This document shows positions 26,547-36,125 of a stretch of DNA of 64,000 nucleotides, piece after piece. Each line of letters opens with the position of its first letter. The stretch's first letter is position 1. Under the pieces are notes generated by a model, which had not been told where the DNA came from, made no database searches, and worked only from the letters and a program-made list of their open reading frames with translations. Position numbers and translations under genes: made by a program. The DNA is from Candidatus Kaiserbacteria bacterium RIFCSPHIGHO2_01_FULL_53_31. GTDB lineage: Bacteria > Patescibacteriota > Minisyncoccia > Phycocordibacterales > Phycocordibacteraceae. The stretch is taken from assembly GCA_001781095.1 (NCBI GenBank), contig MFKU01000010.1:14254-78253 (forward strand), read 5' to 3'.

Positions 26547-29384
26547 CTACCGGACTACTAGATTGATAATTTCCCCCGCCACATACACGATCCGCGTTGG
26601 CTCTTTACCCCCGAGTGCCATCGCTACGGCAGCAATTTTACGGGCCGCGGACACGGCATCAGCCTCGGGCGCATCTGGTGCGAGTGTTATCGAGCCGCGG
26701 CGTTTGCCGTTGACCTGCACCACAACCTCGATTTTAGTCGATACAAGAAGCTTCTCATCAAATTCTGGCCAGAGAGCGGTATGTATTGACTCTGTGTTTC
26801 CAAGCACTTCCCAAAGTTCTTCGGTAACATGCGGCGCAAACGGTGCTAACAATCGAAGATATTTGCTCCATTGTTCTTCTCCGATTGCCCCCTCCTTTTC
26901 CACGGCATTCAAGAAGATCATCATCTGGCTAACCGCCGTATTAAACTTGAAAGCCTCAATATCACTGCCGACCTTACGGATAGTCTCGTGCAAAAGAGTC
27001 TCGAAGCCCTTAACTGGCTCTTTGCGTACACGCTCGCGTAGATTCCAAAGCCGCTCGATGAATCGCGCAGTGCCCGCGATGGAGCTTGTGCTCCAAGCAG
27101 TCGTATTCTCGAACGGGCCCATGAACATCTCGTACATGCGGAAAGCATCAGCGCCATATTCCTCTACGACGTCATCCGGATTAATGACATTGCCGAGGCG
27201 CTTGCTCATTTTGCGTCCATCCTCAGCAAGGATGAATCCAAGGAATTCGAGTCGTGCAAAAGGTTCTGACGTACTCACCACACCAATGTCATAGAGGAAT
27301 TTGTGCCAGAACCGTGCATAAATAAGGTGACGAACCGCGTGGTCACCTCCGACGTACACATCCACCGGCGCCCAATACTTCTCTTTTTTCGATGACACGA
27401 GTTGATGTGCCTCGTGTGGGTCCATAAAGCGCAAGTAATACCAGGATGAACCAGCCCACTGCGGCATTGTATTGGTCTCGCGCTTCGCTGACCCACCGCA
27501 CTTAGGACACTTTACATTTACCCAGGCATCTATCTCTGCGAGTGGTGACTCTCCCGTCCCGGTCGGTTCGTAGGATTCAACTTCAGGTAGTACCACGGGC
27601 AAGTCTTCATAGGGTACGGGCACGACACCATCTTTAGGGCAGTGGACCACTGGAATCGGTTCGCCCCAGTAGCGCTGACGCGAGAAAACCCAATCGCGGA
27701 GCTTGTATCGAGTCACCTTCTTCCCTCCTACGGCTGCAACAATCTCGTCTTTAGCCTTTTCACTCTCCTGTCCATTAAACTGGTCTGAATTAGTAAGTAT
27801 TCCAGGTTCTGTCCAGACAAAATCATTATTATCGAGCAGATTGCGAGTGAAATCTCCCTCAAAAACGGTGAAGAAATCTTTTAGCTCATCTCTTTTCTTC
27901 CAGACGACCTCATGTAATGCTGCTTCCTTTTCATCCACAAGATCTCTCTCTTCGTTTTCAAGTTCAAAAAAGACGTAATGGAAATGCGCCCATCGGTTCT
28001 GTTTCTTCACGCGGTGGTAGAAGAATGTATTTATCATGACCTCTGGACGCTCGATATGTTTGAGATTCTTGTACCCTGTTTCTTCCCTTATCTCACGCCG
28101 CGCCGTCTCGACGTGATCTTCGCCATCATCAATGCCGCCAGTCACGAGCCCATGCATGAGTACATTTTTCCAGCTGATACAGAGATACGAATCGTCTTTA
28201 GGGTTCCGAACAATTGCACAGACTGCTTCGCGCTTCACGATCTCTTCGTCAGGTCGCAGTCTGGCATCACTTTCCTCCACTGCAACAAACTTAGGCTCCA
28301 CGACATGACGTACGGGTAGATTAAATTTCTGCGCGAATTCGAAATCGCGTTCGTCGTGTGCCGGCACGGCCATAATGGCGCCCGTGCCGTATGAGCCAAG
28401 AACGTAGTCAGCAACGAAGACAGGAATCTCTTCTTTTGTTGCTGGATTGATCGCCGTAACACCTTCTAGTTTAACCCCTGTCTTCTCCTTCCCTTCTGAA
28501 CCACGTTCAATTTCAGTTTTAGAAAACGCTGCCGTAACATACTCGCTCACTTCATGTGCATTCGTGATGTGCCCGCTAGTAGAGAGTTTCTCAATGAGCG
28601 CGTGTTCGGGCGCAAGTACTAGATACGTTGCACCAAATATCGTATCCGGACGCGTCGTGAATACCGATACTGTCTCCTCCCCCACTGCGAAGTTAATTTC
28701 TGCACCCTCTGAACGTCCAATCCAGTTGCGCTGTGCTTCTTTAATATGCTCTGGCCAGTTAAGTTGATCTAGGTCTTTGAGCATCCGGTCAGCATAATCA
28801 GTGATCTTCAGCACCCACTGCGGTAACTTCTTTTTTATTACCGGCGTTCCACAACGTTCACAGACGTTTCCATCAAGGTCCTCATTAGCGAGTCCCGTCA
28901 TGCACGAAGGACACCAGTTGATCGGCTCATCTGATTGGAATGCGAGCCCGTGTTCGAGCATCTTGAGGAAGATCCATTGTGTCCAATGGTAGTAGCTTGG
29001 ATCGGTCGTATTGATCTCTCGCGACCAATCATAGTTAAAGCCAATCTTCTCGAGTTGCGCTTTGAACGTCGCAATGTTCTGCTCGACTGCCTTTCGCGGA
29101 TGCGTCTTGTTCTTCAAGGCGAAGTTCTCGGCAGGGAGACCGAAGGCATCCCATCCCATAGGGTGCAGTACCGAGAAGCCGCGCATCTTTGAGAATCTTG
29201 AATAGATGTCAGTTGCGATATACCCCTTTGGGTGACCAACATGAAGTCCCTCACCAGACGGGTACGGGAACATGTCGAGCACATACTTCTTCTCTTTCTT
29301 TGAATCCTCTTCTGTTTTGTATAGATCGAGCTTCGCCCATTTTTCTTGAGCTTTTTTCTCTATTTCTGAATGGTCGTACGCCAT
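26547..29384 (-). CDS. leuS: leucyl-tRNA synthetase with embedded Nudix hydrolase domain
   Basis: HVGH and KMSKR motifs, editing domain. After VPAHDERDFEFAQKFNLPV a ~120-aa insertion carries a canonical Nudix box GGIDDGEDHVETARREIREETGY; 945 aa. Confidence 0.9.
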   Translation of the reverse strand: MAYDHSEIEKKAQEKWAKLDLYKTEEDSKKEKKYVLDMFPYPSGEGLHVGHPKGYIATDIYSRFSKMRGFSVLHPMGWDAFGLPAENFALKNKTHPRKAVEQNIATFKAQLEKIGFNYDWSREINTTDPSYYHWTQWIFLKMLEHGLAFQSDEPINWCPSCMTGLANEDLDGNVCERCGTPVIKKKLPQWVLKITDYADRMLKDLDQLNWPEHIKEAQRNWIGRSEGAEINFAVGEETVSVFTTRPDTIFGATYLVLAPEHALIEKLSTSGHITNAHEVSEYVTAAFSKTEIERGSEGKEKTGVKLEGVTAINPATKEEIPVFVADYVLGSYGTGAIMAVPAHDERDFEFAQKFNLPVRHVVEPKFVAVEESDARLRPDEEIVKREAVCAIVRNPKDDSYLCISWKNVLMHGLVTGGIDDGEDHVETARREIREETGYKNLKHIERPEVMINTFFYHRVKKQNRWAHFHYVFFELENEERDLVDEKEAALHEVVWKKRDELKDFFTVFEGDFTRNLLDNNDFVWTEPGILTNSDQFNGQESEKAKDEIVAAVGGKKVTRYKLRDWVFSRQRYWGEPIPVVHCPKDGVVPVPYEDLPVVLPEVESYEPTGTGESPLAEIDAWVNVKCPKCGGSAKRETNTMPQWAGSSWYYLRFMDPHEAHQLVSSKKEKYWAPVDVYVGGDHAVRHLIYARFWHKFLYDIGVVSTSEPFARLEFLGFILAEDGRKMSKRLGNVINPDDVVEEYGADAFRMYEMFMGPFENTTAWSTSSIAGTARFIERLWNLRERVRKEPVKGFETLLHETIRKVGSDIEAFKFNTAVSQMMIFLNAVEKEGAIGEEQWSKYLRLLAPFAPHVTEELWEVLGNTESIHTALWPEFDEKLLVSTKIEVVVQVNGKRRGSITLAPDAPEADAVSAARKIAAVAMALGGKEPTRIVYVAGEIINLVVR

Positions 29385-29419
29385 GACTTAGTACAGAGTT
29401 CAACCTTGGAATTCAGAAT

Positions 29420-30370
29420 CTAGAGCTGGACCTTGCTAAGTGGTGGGTAGAAGCTAGGATCAATCGTGCGCTCAAAGCAATAGTTCCCAGTCGGGTGCTG
29501 CCAATTGTCTACACCCTTAATACCTGCTGGCCGTGGAACCATATCGCCAGCAACAGAAGACTGGGTGCCGCGACTTTGACTGTTGAAGTCCGCGCAAATC
29601 TTAAACGTTAACGAGCCAGTCGCTTCATATCCGTACGCTGCTTGAGTTTGAGGATCATTCGGTACGGGGCCATACATAAGAGGATTATTAAGATCTTCTA
29701 TATTTGCCGGCAAAGCTCGCTTGGCCTGATAATAACTCACGACTTGCGACTGGATATTTTGCAGATCGTTTACCTTTTGCGCGTCGAAGCGGGCGAGTCG
29801 CGCTTGTGCCGGCGTACCGACGATAAAGAATCCCGAGACGATCGCCGCCGCAAGGATACCAGCGACACCAATACTCACATATCGCTTACGCATCGGGAAC
29901 GCCATCCAGTACCCGCGCAGGTCAGCGATGAAGTGCATAAACACACCGGCTGCAACCAAGAAGATGACGAGAATCTTGAGCAGGAATGATGTTGTGAGCT
30001 CTTCGCCATTTAAGAAGGTTGTGAGAAGCGTGACCAAGTCACCAGCGATCGCGAGACCTGCGACAAAGAGTGTGAAGATGATTGCCCAGCGGCGCACCCA
30101 GATCTCGCCGCGCGAAGGATCGCGCGCGATGTCGCCTCGGATAACGCGCATGAGGGCGAGATATACTGGGAACAGAATAATGATTGATGCCATCTGGAAG
30201 CTTATACCGCTTTGATATGGATCGACGGGATAATAGGTGAGCGCGTTCGGAAACGTGTAGTCAATGTAACTAAAGAGAAGAAAGATGAACGCGATGATAC
30301 TCCAATAGAAGGCGATGATCGCACCCGCCCACAAGAAGAAATCTTTTGGTGTTGTGTGTGGTTTGTCCAT
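29420..30370 (-). CDS. hypothetical polytopic membrane protein with extracytoplasmic C-terminal domain
   Basis: About seven TM segments, then a ~130-aa Pro/Gln-rich domain. Confidence 0.5.
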   Translation of the reverse strand: MDKPHTTPKDFFLWAGAIIAFYWSIIAFIFLLFSYIDYTFPNALTYYPVDPYQSGISFQMASIIILFPVYLALMRVIRGDIARDPSRGEIWVRRWAIIFTLFVAGLAIAGDLVTLLTTFLNGEELTTSFLLKILVIFLVAAGVFMHFIADLRGYWMAFPMRKRYVSIGVAGILAAAIVSGFFIVGTPAQARLARFDAQKVNDLQNIQSQVVSYYQAKRALPANIEDLNNPLMYGPVPNDPQTQAAYGYEATGSLTFKICADFNSQSRGTQSSVAGDMVPRPAGIKGVDNWQHPTGNYCFERTIDPSFYPPLSKVQL

Positions 30371-30417
30371 AGGGCGAGATTATACCATGCAAACCAAGCC
30401 CTGAACATATAAAAATG

Positions 30418-30450
30418 AATCCCCGACGCGGCGTTGCCGCGTCGGGGATT
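30418..30450 (-). terminator. rho-independent terminator for the two-gene SD-led cassette
   Basis: AATCCCCGACGCGGC-GTTG-CCGCGTCGGGGATT, followed on the minus strand by TCATTTTTATATG. Confidence 0.6.
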
Positions 30451-30485
30451 TGTCCATCGTAGCTCGCAGAGCAGATGTTATCTCT

Positions 30486-30695
30486 TTATCGTTCTCCGCT
30501 GGTCAGACGGAAACCCGATGGCAAACTGCTTGCATGTTGAACGACGTGTGCCGCGCACCGGGGACACATCGGTGTCATGATTGGCAACGTATCGTGCGTC
30601 ACTCCGACTGCGCTCTCGTGGCTGAGTGGCGTACCACAACGACATGCCTTTAGGCGCGTTACCGCCTCAGTGACACTCTCACGTCCGATATTCAT
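30486..30695 (-). CDS. small Cys-rich (zinc-ribbon-like) hypothetical protein with SD
   Basis: CRCG...H...CPRC; mRNA upstream reads AAGGAAAGGAGCTGACTA-ATG. Confidence 0.45.
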   Translation of the reverse strand: MNIGRESVTEAVTRLKACRCGTPLSHESAVGVTHDTLPIMTPMCPRCAAHVVQHASSLPSGFRLTSGER

Positions 30696-30732
30696 AGTCA
30701 GCTCCTTTCCTTAGTTGCGATCAAGTGAAGTG

Positions 30733-31119
30733 TTATCGATGCGGATCGCCTCTTATCTCGTCCGTCACCTCTACGAGTTTCTGGAGGCGTACGCCGCTGA
30801 CGATAATGACTTCGTCAACCCCGAAACTGAAATTGGTAAGGAACGAAAGCGGAAATCCGTGATCGTTCCACCATCTTGCAGCTGCCGGATGGCTGTCTGC
30901 TAGGATTTTCAGGGCCTCTTTTTGAGGGACGATTACACACTCCCTTCTGTCCTTTCTCACTCGTCCCGATTCAAGACCAATCTCGGCACCCGTAATGTAG
31001 CCGGCCGTTGGATAGCATGGAAGCACCAGCCCTACCCACGCAGCGCGTATTTCTTCGGGGGCCTCTCCTCTTGGGATCTTAGTTACTTTCACTCGTCCTG
31101 TTGCTCCTGATGATTTCAT
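30733..31119 (-). CDS. hypothetical protein (128 aa) with strong SD
   Basis: Start placed at MKSSGATG because GAAAGGAG lies 6 nt upstream; the annotated longer ORF uses TTG. Confidence 0.5.
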   Translation of the reverse strand: MKSSGATGRVKVTKIPRGEAPEEIRAAWVGLVLPCYPTAGYITGAEIGLESGRVRKDRRECVIVPQKEALKILADSHPAAARWWNDHGFPLSFLTNFSFGVDEVIIVSGVRLQKLVEVTDEIRGDPHR

Positions 31120-31175
31120 CACAACTCCTTTCTCCGGTATCAAAATAAGCTTTCTGTGGAAACTGTCAACTTCAT

Positions 31176-32273
31176 TTATCCATGCAGGAATACGATAACG
31201 TCGCTGTCTTGGACGATATATTCTTTGCCTTCAGTGCGGACTTTGGCGGCTTCTCGCGCGGCGGCGTAGCCACCGAGCGCGAGAAGATCTTTTGCCGGCA
31301 CCACTTCAGCACGGATAAACTTCGTTAGGAAATCAGTGTGAATAGCGGCGCCCGCGACGGGCGCCGCGCTACCCCGCGTTATCGTCCACGCCCGCGTCTC
31401 GTCTGGGCCCGTCGTGAAGAATGAAATCAAGTCGAGTGTTCGATATGCTTCTGTAATAAGCGCAGCGAGACCGTCTTCTGGCACGCCCAATTCTTGACGA
31501 AATGTCGAACGATCTTCATCGGCAACATCATTCAATTCGCGTTCAGTCGCGGCGTCGAAGAACATATAGTGAGACCCGAGTGATTTGATGAGCTCATAGG
31601 CACGCTCAGCGCGCCCGTCAGCGAGCTCGTCGAGATTGTGCCCGCCGCTCTTCTTGTTAAGTGCATAGAGAATCGGCTTCATCGTGAGAAGGTTCAACGG
31701 CTGCACGCGCTTCTTCTCGTCGTCAGTGAGACCCGCATGGAACGCGAGCTTTCCGGCCGCGAACCCTTGCTCGAGCTTCGCGAGTGCTGCCTCCTCGGCG
31801 ACTGCGTCCTTCAGTCCCGCCTTTATATCCCGCACGAGCTTGTCGCGACGTTTACGCACCTGTTCTGAATCAGCGAGCACAAGCTCGAGATTAATCACCT
31901 CGATATCTTTATAGGGCTCAACATCTTGATCGACATGCAATATGTTCGGGTCGTCAAAGAATCGCACTACCTGCAAAATTGCATCCGTCTCGCGGATGTT
32001 CGCGAGGAACTGGTTCCCGAGCCCCTGCCCTTCTGCGGCACCCTTCACGAGCCCTGCGATATCGACAAACTCAATCGCCGCGGGAATTATTTTCTTGCTC
32101 TTCGACAGAGCGGCGAGCGCTTCCAATCGCGGGTCAGGCACACCCACGACACCGACCGCAGGGTCGATGGTGCAAAAGGGATAATTCTCACAGGGCACGG
32201 ACGCCTTGGTGAGCGCATTAAAAAGCGTGGACTTCCCGACGTTCGGCAGGCCTACGATCCCTATCTTCAACAT
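31176..32273 (-). CDS. ychF: ribosome-binding ATPase YchF (Obg-family GTPase)
   Basis: [19 protein letters not shown]1 motif; C-terminal TGS domain. Confidence 0.92.
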   Translation of the reverse strand: MLKIGIVGLPNVGKSTLFNALTKASVPCENYPFCTIDPAVGVVGVPDPRLEALAALSKSKKIIPAAIEFVDIAGLVKGAAEGQGLGNQFLANIRETDAILQVVRFFDDPNILHVDQDVEPYKDIEVINLELVLADSEQVRKRRDKLVRDIKAGLKDAVAEEAALAKLEQGFAAGKLAFHAGLTDDEKKRVQPLNLLTMKPILYALNKKSGGHNLDELADGRAERAYELIKSLGSHYMFFDAATERELNDVADEDRSTFRQELGVPEDGLAALITEAYRTLDLISFFTTGPDETRAWTITRGSAAPVAGAAIHTDFLTKFIRAEVVPAKDLLALGGYAAAREAAKVRTEGKEYIVQDSDVIVFLHG

Positions 32274-32428
32274 TAGTAGTATTTATAGCGTAGTTTCCAA
32301 AATACTCCAGAAATTGACACCGGGGCCGCGCTACGCGCGGCCTCGCTTCTGTTGAGATTCCGAGATGCACACGGTATAGTGCGAGCGGACTTGCTTCTAC
32401 TACTGCACAGAATGTCGGGGGAGGACGT

Positions 32429-32680
32429 ATGAAAATTGACAAGTCGTTGAGGGCTGCTATTAGGGAAATCGGTCGGAAAGAATTTCTCCGTTGCATTGTC
32501 GAGTTCGTGCGTGATGCTCGGTTCTGCCTTACGGCCACCGGTCTAGACGAGGAGACCATGCGTGCCGTGATTGAGGCAGAAGCACTGGGCGCTTTCGATG
32601 ACATTCGTATTCCTCAGATAGTAAAAAGGGCCCTACAAAAGCACCCGAATCAGCCTTGCCTCGACGAGTGCGAATCATGA
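32429..32680 (+). CDS. small hypothetical protein (83 aa) with SD
   Basis: GGGGGAGG 5 nt upstream of the ATG; followed by a terminator. Confidence 0.45.
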   Translation: MKIDKSLRAAIREIGRKEFLRCIVEFVRDARFCLTATGLDEETMRAVIEAEALGAFDDIRIPQIVKRALQKHPNQPCLDECES

Positions 32681-32693
32681 TAAGCACAAGAGA

Positions 32694-32730
32694 AGGCCGA
32701 CGCGCTCCGCGCGTCGGCCTAATCTTTTAT
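32694..32730 (+). terminator. rho-independent terminator
   Basis: AGGCCGACGCGC-TCC-GCGCGTCGGCCT, then AATCTTTTAT. Confidence 0.6.
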
Positions 32731-32910
32731 ACAGCATTGTATACAAATACTTTGTAATATGTAGAGACCGTATACGGCCTCATGGAGTGCCTCAGGGGTC
32801 AGGTATTGAAACGTCATAGGATTCTGAGAATATCCTGAACCTACGGAAGTCTCCGTCCCGCGATTCTTGGAAATCTAGAACGAGCGATAACCGAGACGTT
32901 CTGTGGAAGT

Positions 32911-32940
32911 GGAAACACCCTCAAGGGGTGTTTCCATTTT
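32911..32940 (+). terminator. second plus-strand terminator-like hairpin, ~180 nt downstream of the first
   Basis: GGAAACACCC-TCAA-GGGGTGTTTCC, then ATTTT. Confidence 0.45.
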
Positions 32941-32959
32941 AAACACAAACAAAAACCTC

Positions 32960-33712
32960 TTATTGCGCGATTGTCCACGTCGTTCCTCGTATCGGGAACT
33001 GCCCTTGTACTGCGGCGGCAGTCTCAATTGAGGTCACGTCAATCACAAGCTGCATCCCAATATACGAATCAACGACACGAGTTATGGTGGCCTTTATTGT
33101 GAAGAGGCGCATTTGTCCTGGAGCAAAGTATGCATCGGTGGGCGCAAGGGCTACTCCATTTTGAAAAGGAGTTGAACCTTCAGCGCCGCCGGCTGAGCTG
33201 CGCGAGCCGCCTCTATCGTCTACGGTAGAGAGCCCAATGACAGACTCAGTAGGCGAAGAACCGTTTTGTTCGACCCAAAAGCCTTTGAGTAACGCCCCTT
33301 CTCCCCCGACGTTCGTAATCTGTAGATAAGAAATGGGGACTGATTGACCCGCATGTGCGGTCCCTCCAGTGAGGAGCGGCACACTCGCAATTGCGAGCGT
33401 CGTCGTCCCTACCGCAGTACTCAGAGTGGTGGTGGCTTCGACTGGTGGCGGAGGGATTATTCTAGGAACTGGTTTCGGGACGACGATTGGTACCGTGACC
33501 GCTTTTTTATGGACGGGAGGAGATACCAGCGCAGGTACTGGAGCAAGTGGCGAGGATGTCGCGATTTCTACACTGACTTCCGGAGTTGACGTTGCGATCC
33601 TGGTCGGTTGTGCGTATCCGAAGAAAGAGATAATTGGAATAAAGATCACGAGAAATATCGCTCCAATGGCGTGAAGGGTTGTTGAGGCTAACGAAAATAA
33701 AGTTGTGATCAT
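32960..33712 (-). CDS. secreted/membrane-anchored hypothetical protein, Pro-rich linker
   Basis: N-terminal TM, PIVVPKPVPRIIPPPP linker, beta-rich C-terminal domain. Confidence 0.5.
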   Translation of the reverse strand: MITTLFSLASTTLHAIGAIFLVIFIPIISFFGYAQPTRIATSTPEVSVEIATSSPLAPVPALVSPPVHKKAVTVPIVVPKPVPRIIPPPPVEATTTLSTAVGTTTLAIASVPLLTGGTAHAGQSVPISYLQITNVGGEGALLKGFWVEQNGSSPTESVIGLSTVDDRGGSRSSAGGAEGSTPFQNGVALAPTDAYFAPGQMRLFTIKATITRVVDSYIGMQLVIDVTSIETAAAVQGQFPIRGTTWTIAQ

Positions 33713-33785
33713 TTTTAGTATAGCTTACATAGGAATAAGGACACCCGGCGAAGAGCGTCCCTATTCCACTCGCGTGACTCGATGC

Positions 33786-34037
33786 TTAAATGTGCTTGCC
33801 AACAATATTATTGTATTGGCTGGTGAGCAGAAGAACTCCACTGTGTTCATCGATGTTGAACGCGGTCGCGATTGCCGACATCCAGTCGTTCGCCGTGACG
33901 GTGCTGACCTCCATATTTTGAGTCACGTACGCATAGGTTGCAGCGTGAGCAAAGCTCGGAAGCGCCAGCGCGAAGACACTTGAAGCAGCGATACCTGCGA
34001 CGAGAAGAGATGCGGAAAAACGATTAAAAGTAGTCAT
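33786..34037 (-). CDS. small secreted hypothetical protein
   Basis: Signal peptide ending AHA-AT; 83 aa. Confidence 0.4.
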   Translation of the reverse strand: MTTFNRFSASLLVAGIAASSVFALALPSFAHAATYAYVTQNMEVSTVTANDWMSAIATAFNIDEHSGVLLLTSQYNNIVGKHI

Positions 34038-34143
34038 ACATTTGTAGTTAATTTGATTTGCAGAAAGAGCGCTAGTAGAAATAATGTCGACCTCACTGGA
34101 ACCTACTTACTATGCCGTACACGCGCGTCTTGCATTACAGGGA

Positions 34144-34500
34144 TCAACCTTCTTGGTTGTTCAATTTGACCGCAGCCTCAGACGTTGACACCGTCTTTCC
34201 CATCAAGAACAATTTGACAATGCCGATGGCAATCATCCAGTACACAAGCATCGCGAGAAGTGTCGTCCACTCAAAGACATTGTAGGCCACCTGCGAGACC
34301 TGAAATACGCTGAGAAATGGAGCGGCAAACGGATAGGTGATCCCATAGATGAAACTACTGAATCCGGCACCAGCATTTGCTCCAAAGAGCTTCAATGCAA
34401 GGCGGAATGCGAGCAGTACTTCTAGGAGACCGAGTATGTACCAGACAATTTGTGTACCCCGATAGAGAGGCTTCGTACTAGGAGAATTATATGAATCCAT
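34144..34500 (-). CDS. YggT-family membrane protein
   Basis: Two-TM repeat architecture and size typical of YggT/Ycf19. Confidence 0.4.
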   Translation of the reverse strand: MDSYNSPSTKPLYRGTQIVWYILGLLEVLLAFRLALKLFGANAGAGFSSFIYGITYPFAAPFLSVFQVSQVAYNVFEWTTLLAMLVYWMIAIGIVKLFLMGKTVSTSEAAVKLNNQEG

Positions 34501-34511
34501 AATATTTTTTA

Positions 34512-34643
34512 TTAACTCAGCAGTTGAATAATAACTATGATAAGAGCAATGACGAGTAACGTATGAATTACGTTCCCACCGAGGTGAAAGCTAAATCCAA
34601 GAAGCCACAGAATGACCAAGATGACGACAATTGTCCAAAGCAT
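34512..34643 (-). CDS. 43-aa two-TM small membrane protein
   Basis: Manual translation MLWTIVVILVILWLLGFSFHLGGNVIHTLLVIALIIVIIQLLS. Confidence 0.4.
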   Translation of the reverse strand: MLWTIVVILVILWLLGFSFHLGGNVIHTLLVIALIIVIIQLLS

Positions 34644-34722
34644 ACTGTGTGAATAATGGGTAAAAGAGGGTTCAGCTCTTATGTCTGGAGCCGTCCATCT
34701 ACGCGTTCGGTGACACTGTCTT

Positions 34723-35265
34723 TTATGAGTGCTTGTATAACTGCTTCAGCTTCGCGAGCCCCCGGTGCAGTTGCACTGCAATCGTATTCTTCGATTTGCC
34801 CGTGATAAGCGACATTTCTTTTAAGGAAAGATCTTGCACGTATCGCATACGCATGACAGTCTGATACTGCGGAGGCAAGCGAGCGATTAAGAGCAGAGCC
34901 GCCTTCCCATCGAATATATTTACTAGTTGCTCTCGAGAATCGACACTTGGTTCATACCCCTTTTCAAGAAGTGAATCCAAGGAAGCGTTTCTGCGCTTAC
35001 GATATTCGTCCACGATGAGATCATTCAGAACGTGGTAGAGGAAGGACTTCATCACGTCAATTTTCCCTTCTCTCACAAGATACTTCCAAGCTTTCATAAA
35101 CGTATCCTGAACTAAATCATCACTCATTGCGCGGTCGTGGAGTTTAAAAAATGCACGCGTAGAAAGTCCGCTCGAATAGGCGTGATGAGCTTCAGTTAGT
35201 ATGTCCTGCTGCTGTTTCTCCTTTTGAGGAGTCATATAAAGACATGCCGGGGCGAGCGACACCAC
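34723..35265 (-). CDS. ECF-type RNA polymerase sigma factor
   Basis: Region 2 (DLVQDTFMKAWKYL) and region 4 (LSLKEMSLITGKSKNTIAVQLHRGLAKLK). Confidence 0.8.
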   Translation of the reverse strand: MVSLAPACLYMTPQKEKQQQDILTEAHHAYSSGLSTRAFFKLHDRAMSDDLVQDTFMKAWKYLVREGKIDVMKSFLYHVLNDLIVDEYRKRRNASLDSLLEKGYEPSVDSREQLVNIFDGKAALLLIARLPPQYQTVMRMRYVQDLSLKEMSLITGKSKNTIAVQLHRGLAKLKQLYKHS

Positions 35266-35382
35266 ATTACAGAGGTATTACAGTCTTGACAGATTGAGGA
35301 GAAGTTACACACCGATAGTATAGCATATTGTGCAAACATCATCTTTCTGTAATAAGCGCCGCCTCCTCACGGCTCTAAGTAT

Positions 35383-35976
35383 ATGAACAAAAATAGTGGA
35401 GATAGGGTGAAGACGTTTGTCGCGATTCCCCCCGAATTTGTTGAGAGGGTGTGGGAAGAAAGTTGGACATATATCAAGACGGTAGTAGATATCGTGCGAG
35501 AACCAATCCTGATTCTCGATAAGGACCTGCGTGTCATGGCGGCTAATGATTGCTTTTATCAGACCTTTCAGGTGGAACGCAAGGATACTGAAGGGAAAAT
35601 TGTATACGACCTCGGGAACGGCCAATGGGATATCCCTGCCCTTCGGAAACTCCTTGAAGATATTTTGCCGAAGAACTCCTTTTTTAAGGGTTTTGAAGTA
35701 GAGCACAACTTCCCATTCATTGGTCGTAAGGTGATGATTTTAAATGCTCGCCAAATTCACTTTAAAGAAGACGCTGCCGCAAAACTCTTCCCGCCCACAA
35801 TTTTTCTCGCAATGGAAGATGTTACCGACATGATGGCCGTCGCCGAGACGCTTGCGGGACATGCTAAACAGTTTGAAGCAAAGCTCACGGAACGAACCCA
35901 ACGGCTCGAAGCGCAAATCAGTATATTATCAAGGGAATTGAATCTGCTTAAAGAGAAGACTTTACGTACTCACTAA
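35383..35976 (+). CDS. PAS-domain protein with C-terminal coiled coil
   Basis: REPILILDKDLRVMAANDCFYQTFQV...GKIVYDL PAS-like fold; no output domain. Confidence 0.5.
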   Translation: MNKNSGDRVKTFVAIPPEFVERVWEESWTYIKTVVDIVREPILILDKDLRVMAANDCFYQTFQVERKDTEGKIVYDLGNGQWDIPALRKLLEDILPKNSFFKGFEVEHNFPFIGRKVMILNARQIHFKEDAAAKLFPPTIFLAMEDVTDMMAVAETLAGHAKQFEAKLTERTQRLEAQISILSRELNLLKEKTLRTH

Positions 35977-36052
35977 AAACCCCGGCCGTATGGCTCCGGG
36001 GAAATCAAGGTCAAAGGTTGATAAAAAAGTCCGTCCGCAGAATTGCATAATC

Positions 36053-36080
36053 TTGTTATTTCCCAAATGAAAGCTATAGT
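36053..36080 (+). promoter_or_regulatory. candidate sigma70-type promoter for the small-ORF cassette
   Basis: TTGTTA-16 nt-TATAGT, about 45 nt upstream of the first SD. Confidence 0.3.
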
Positions 36081-36125
36081 ACACACGGATCCAGATCCCA
36101 TAGATTACGAGAAAGGAGGTTCGCG

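Noticed and set aside
35305-35706. 133-aa minus-strand ORF overlapping the PAS gene.
   Set aside because: It overlaps a better-supported plus-strand ORF with a PAS-like fold, and has no start context or motif.
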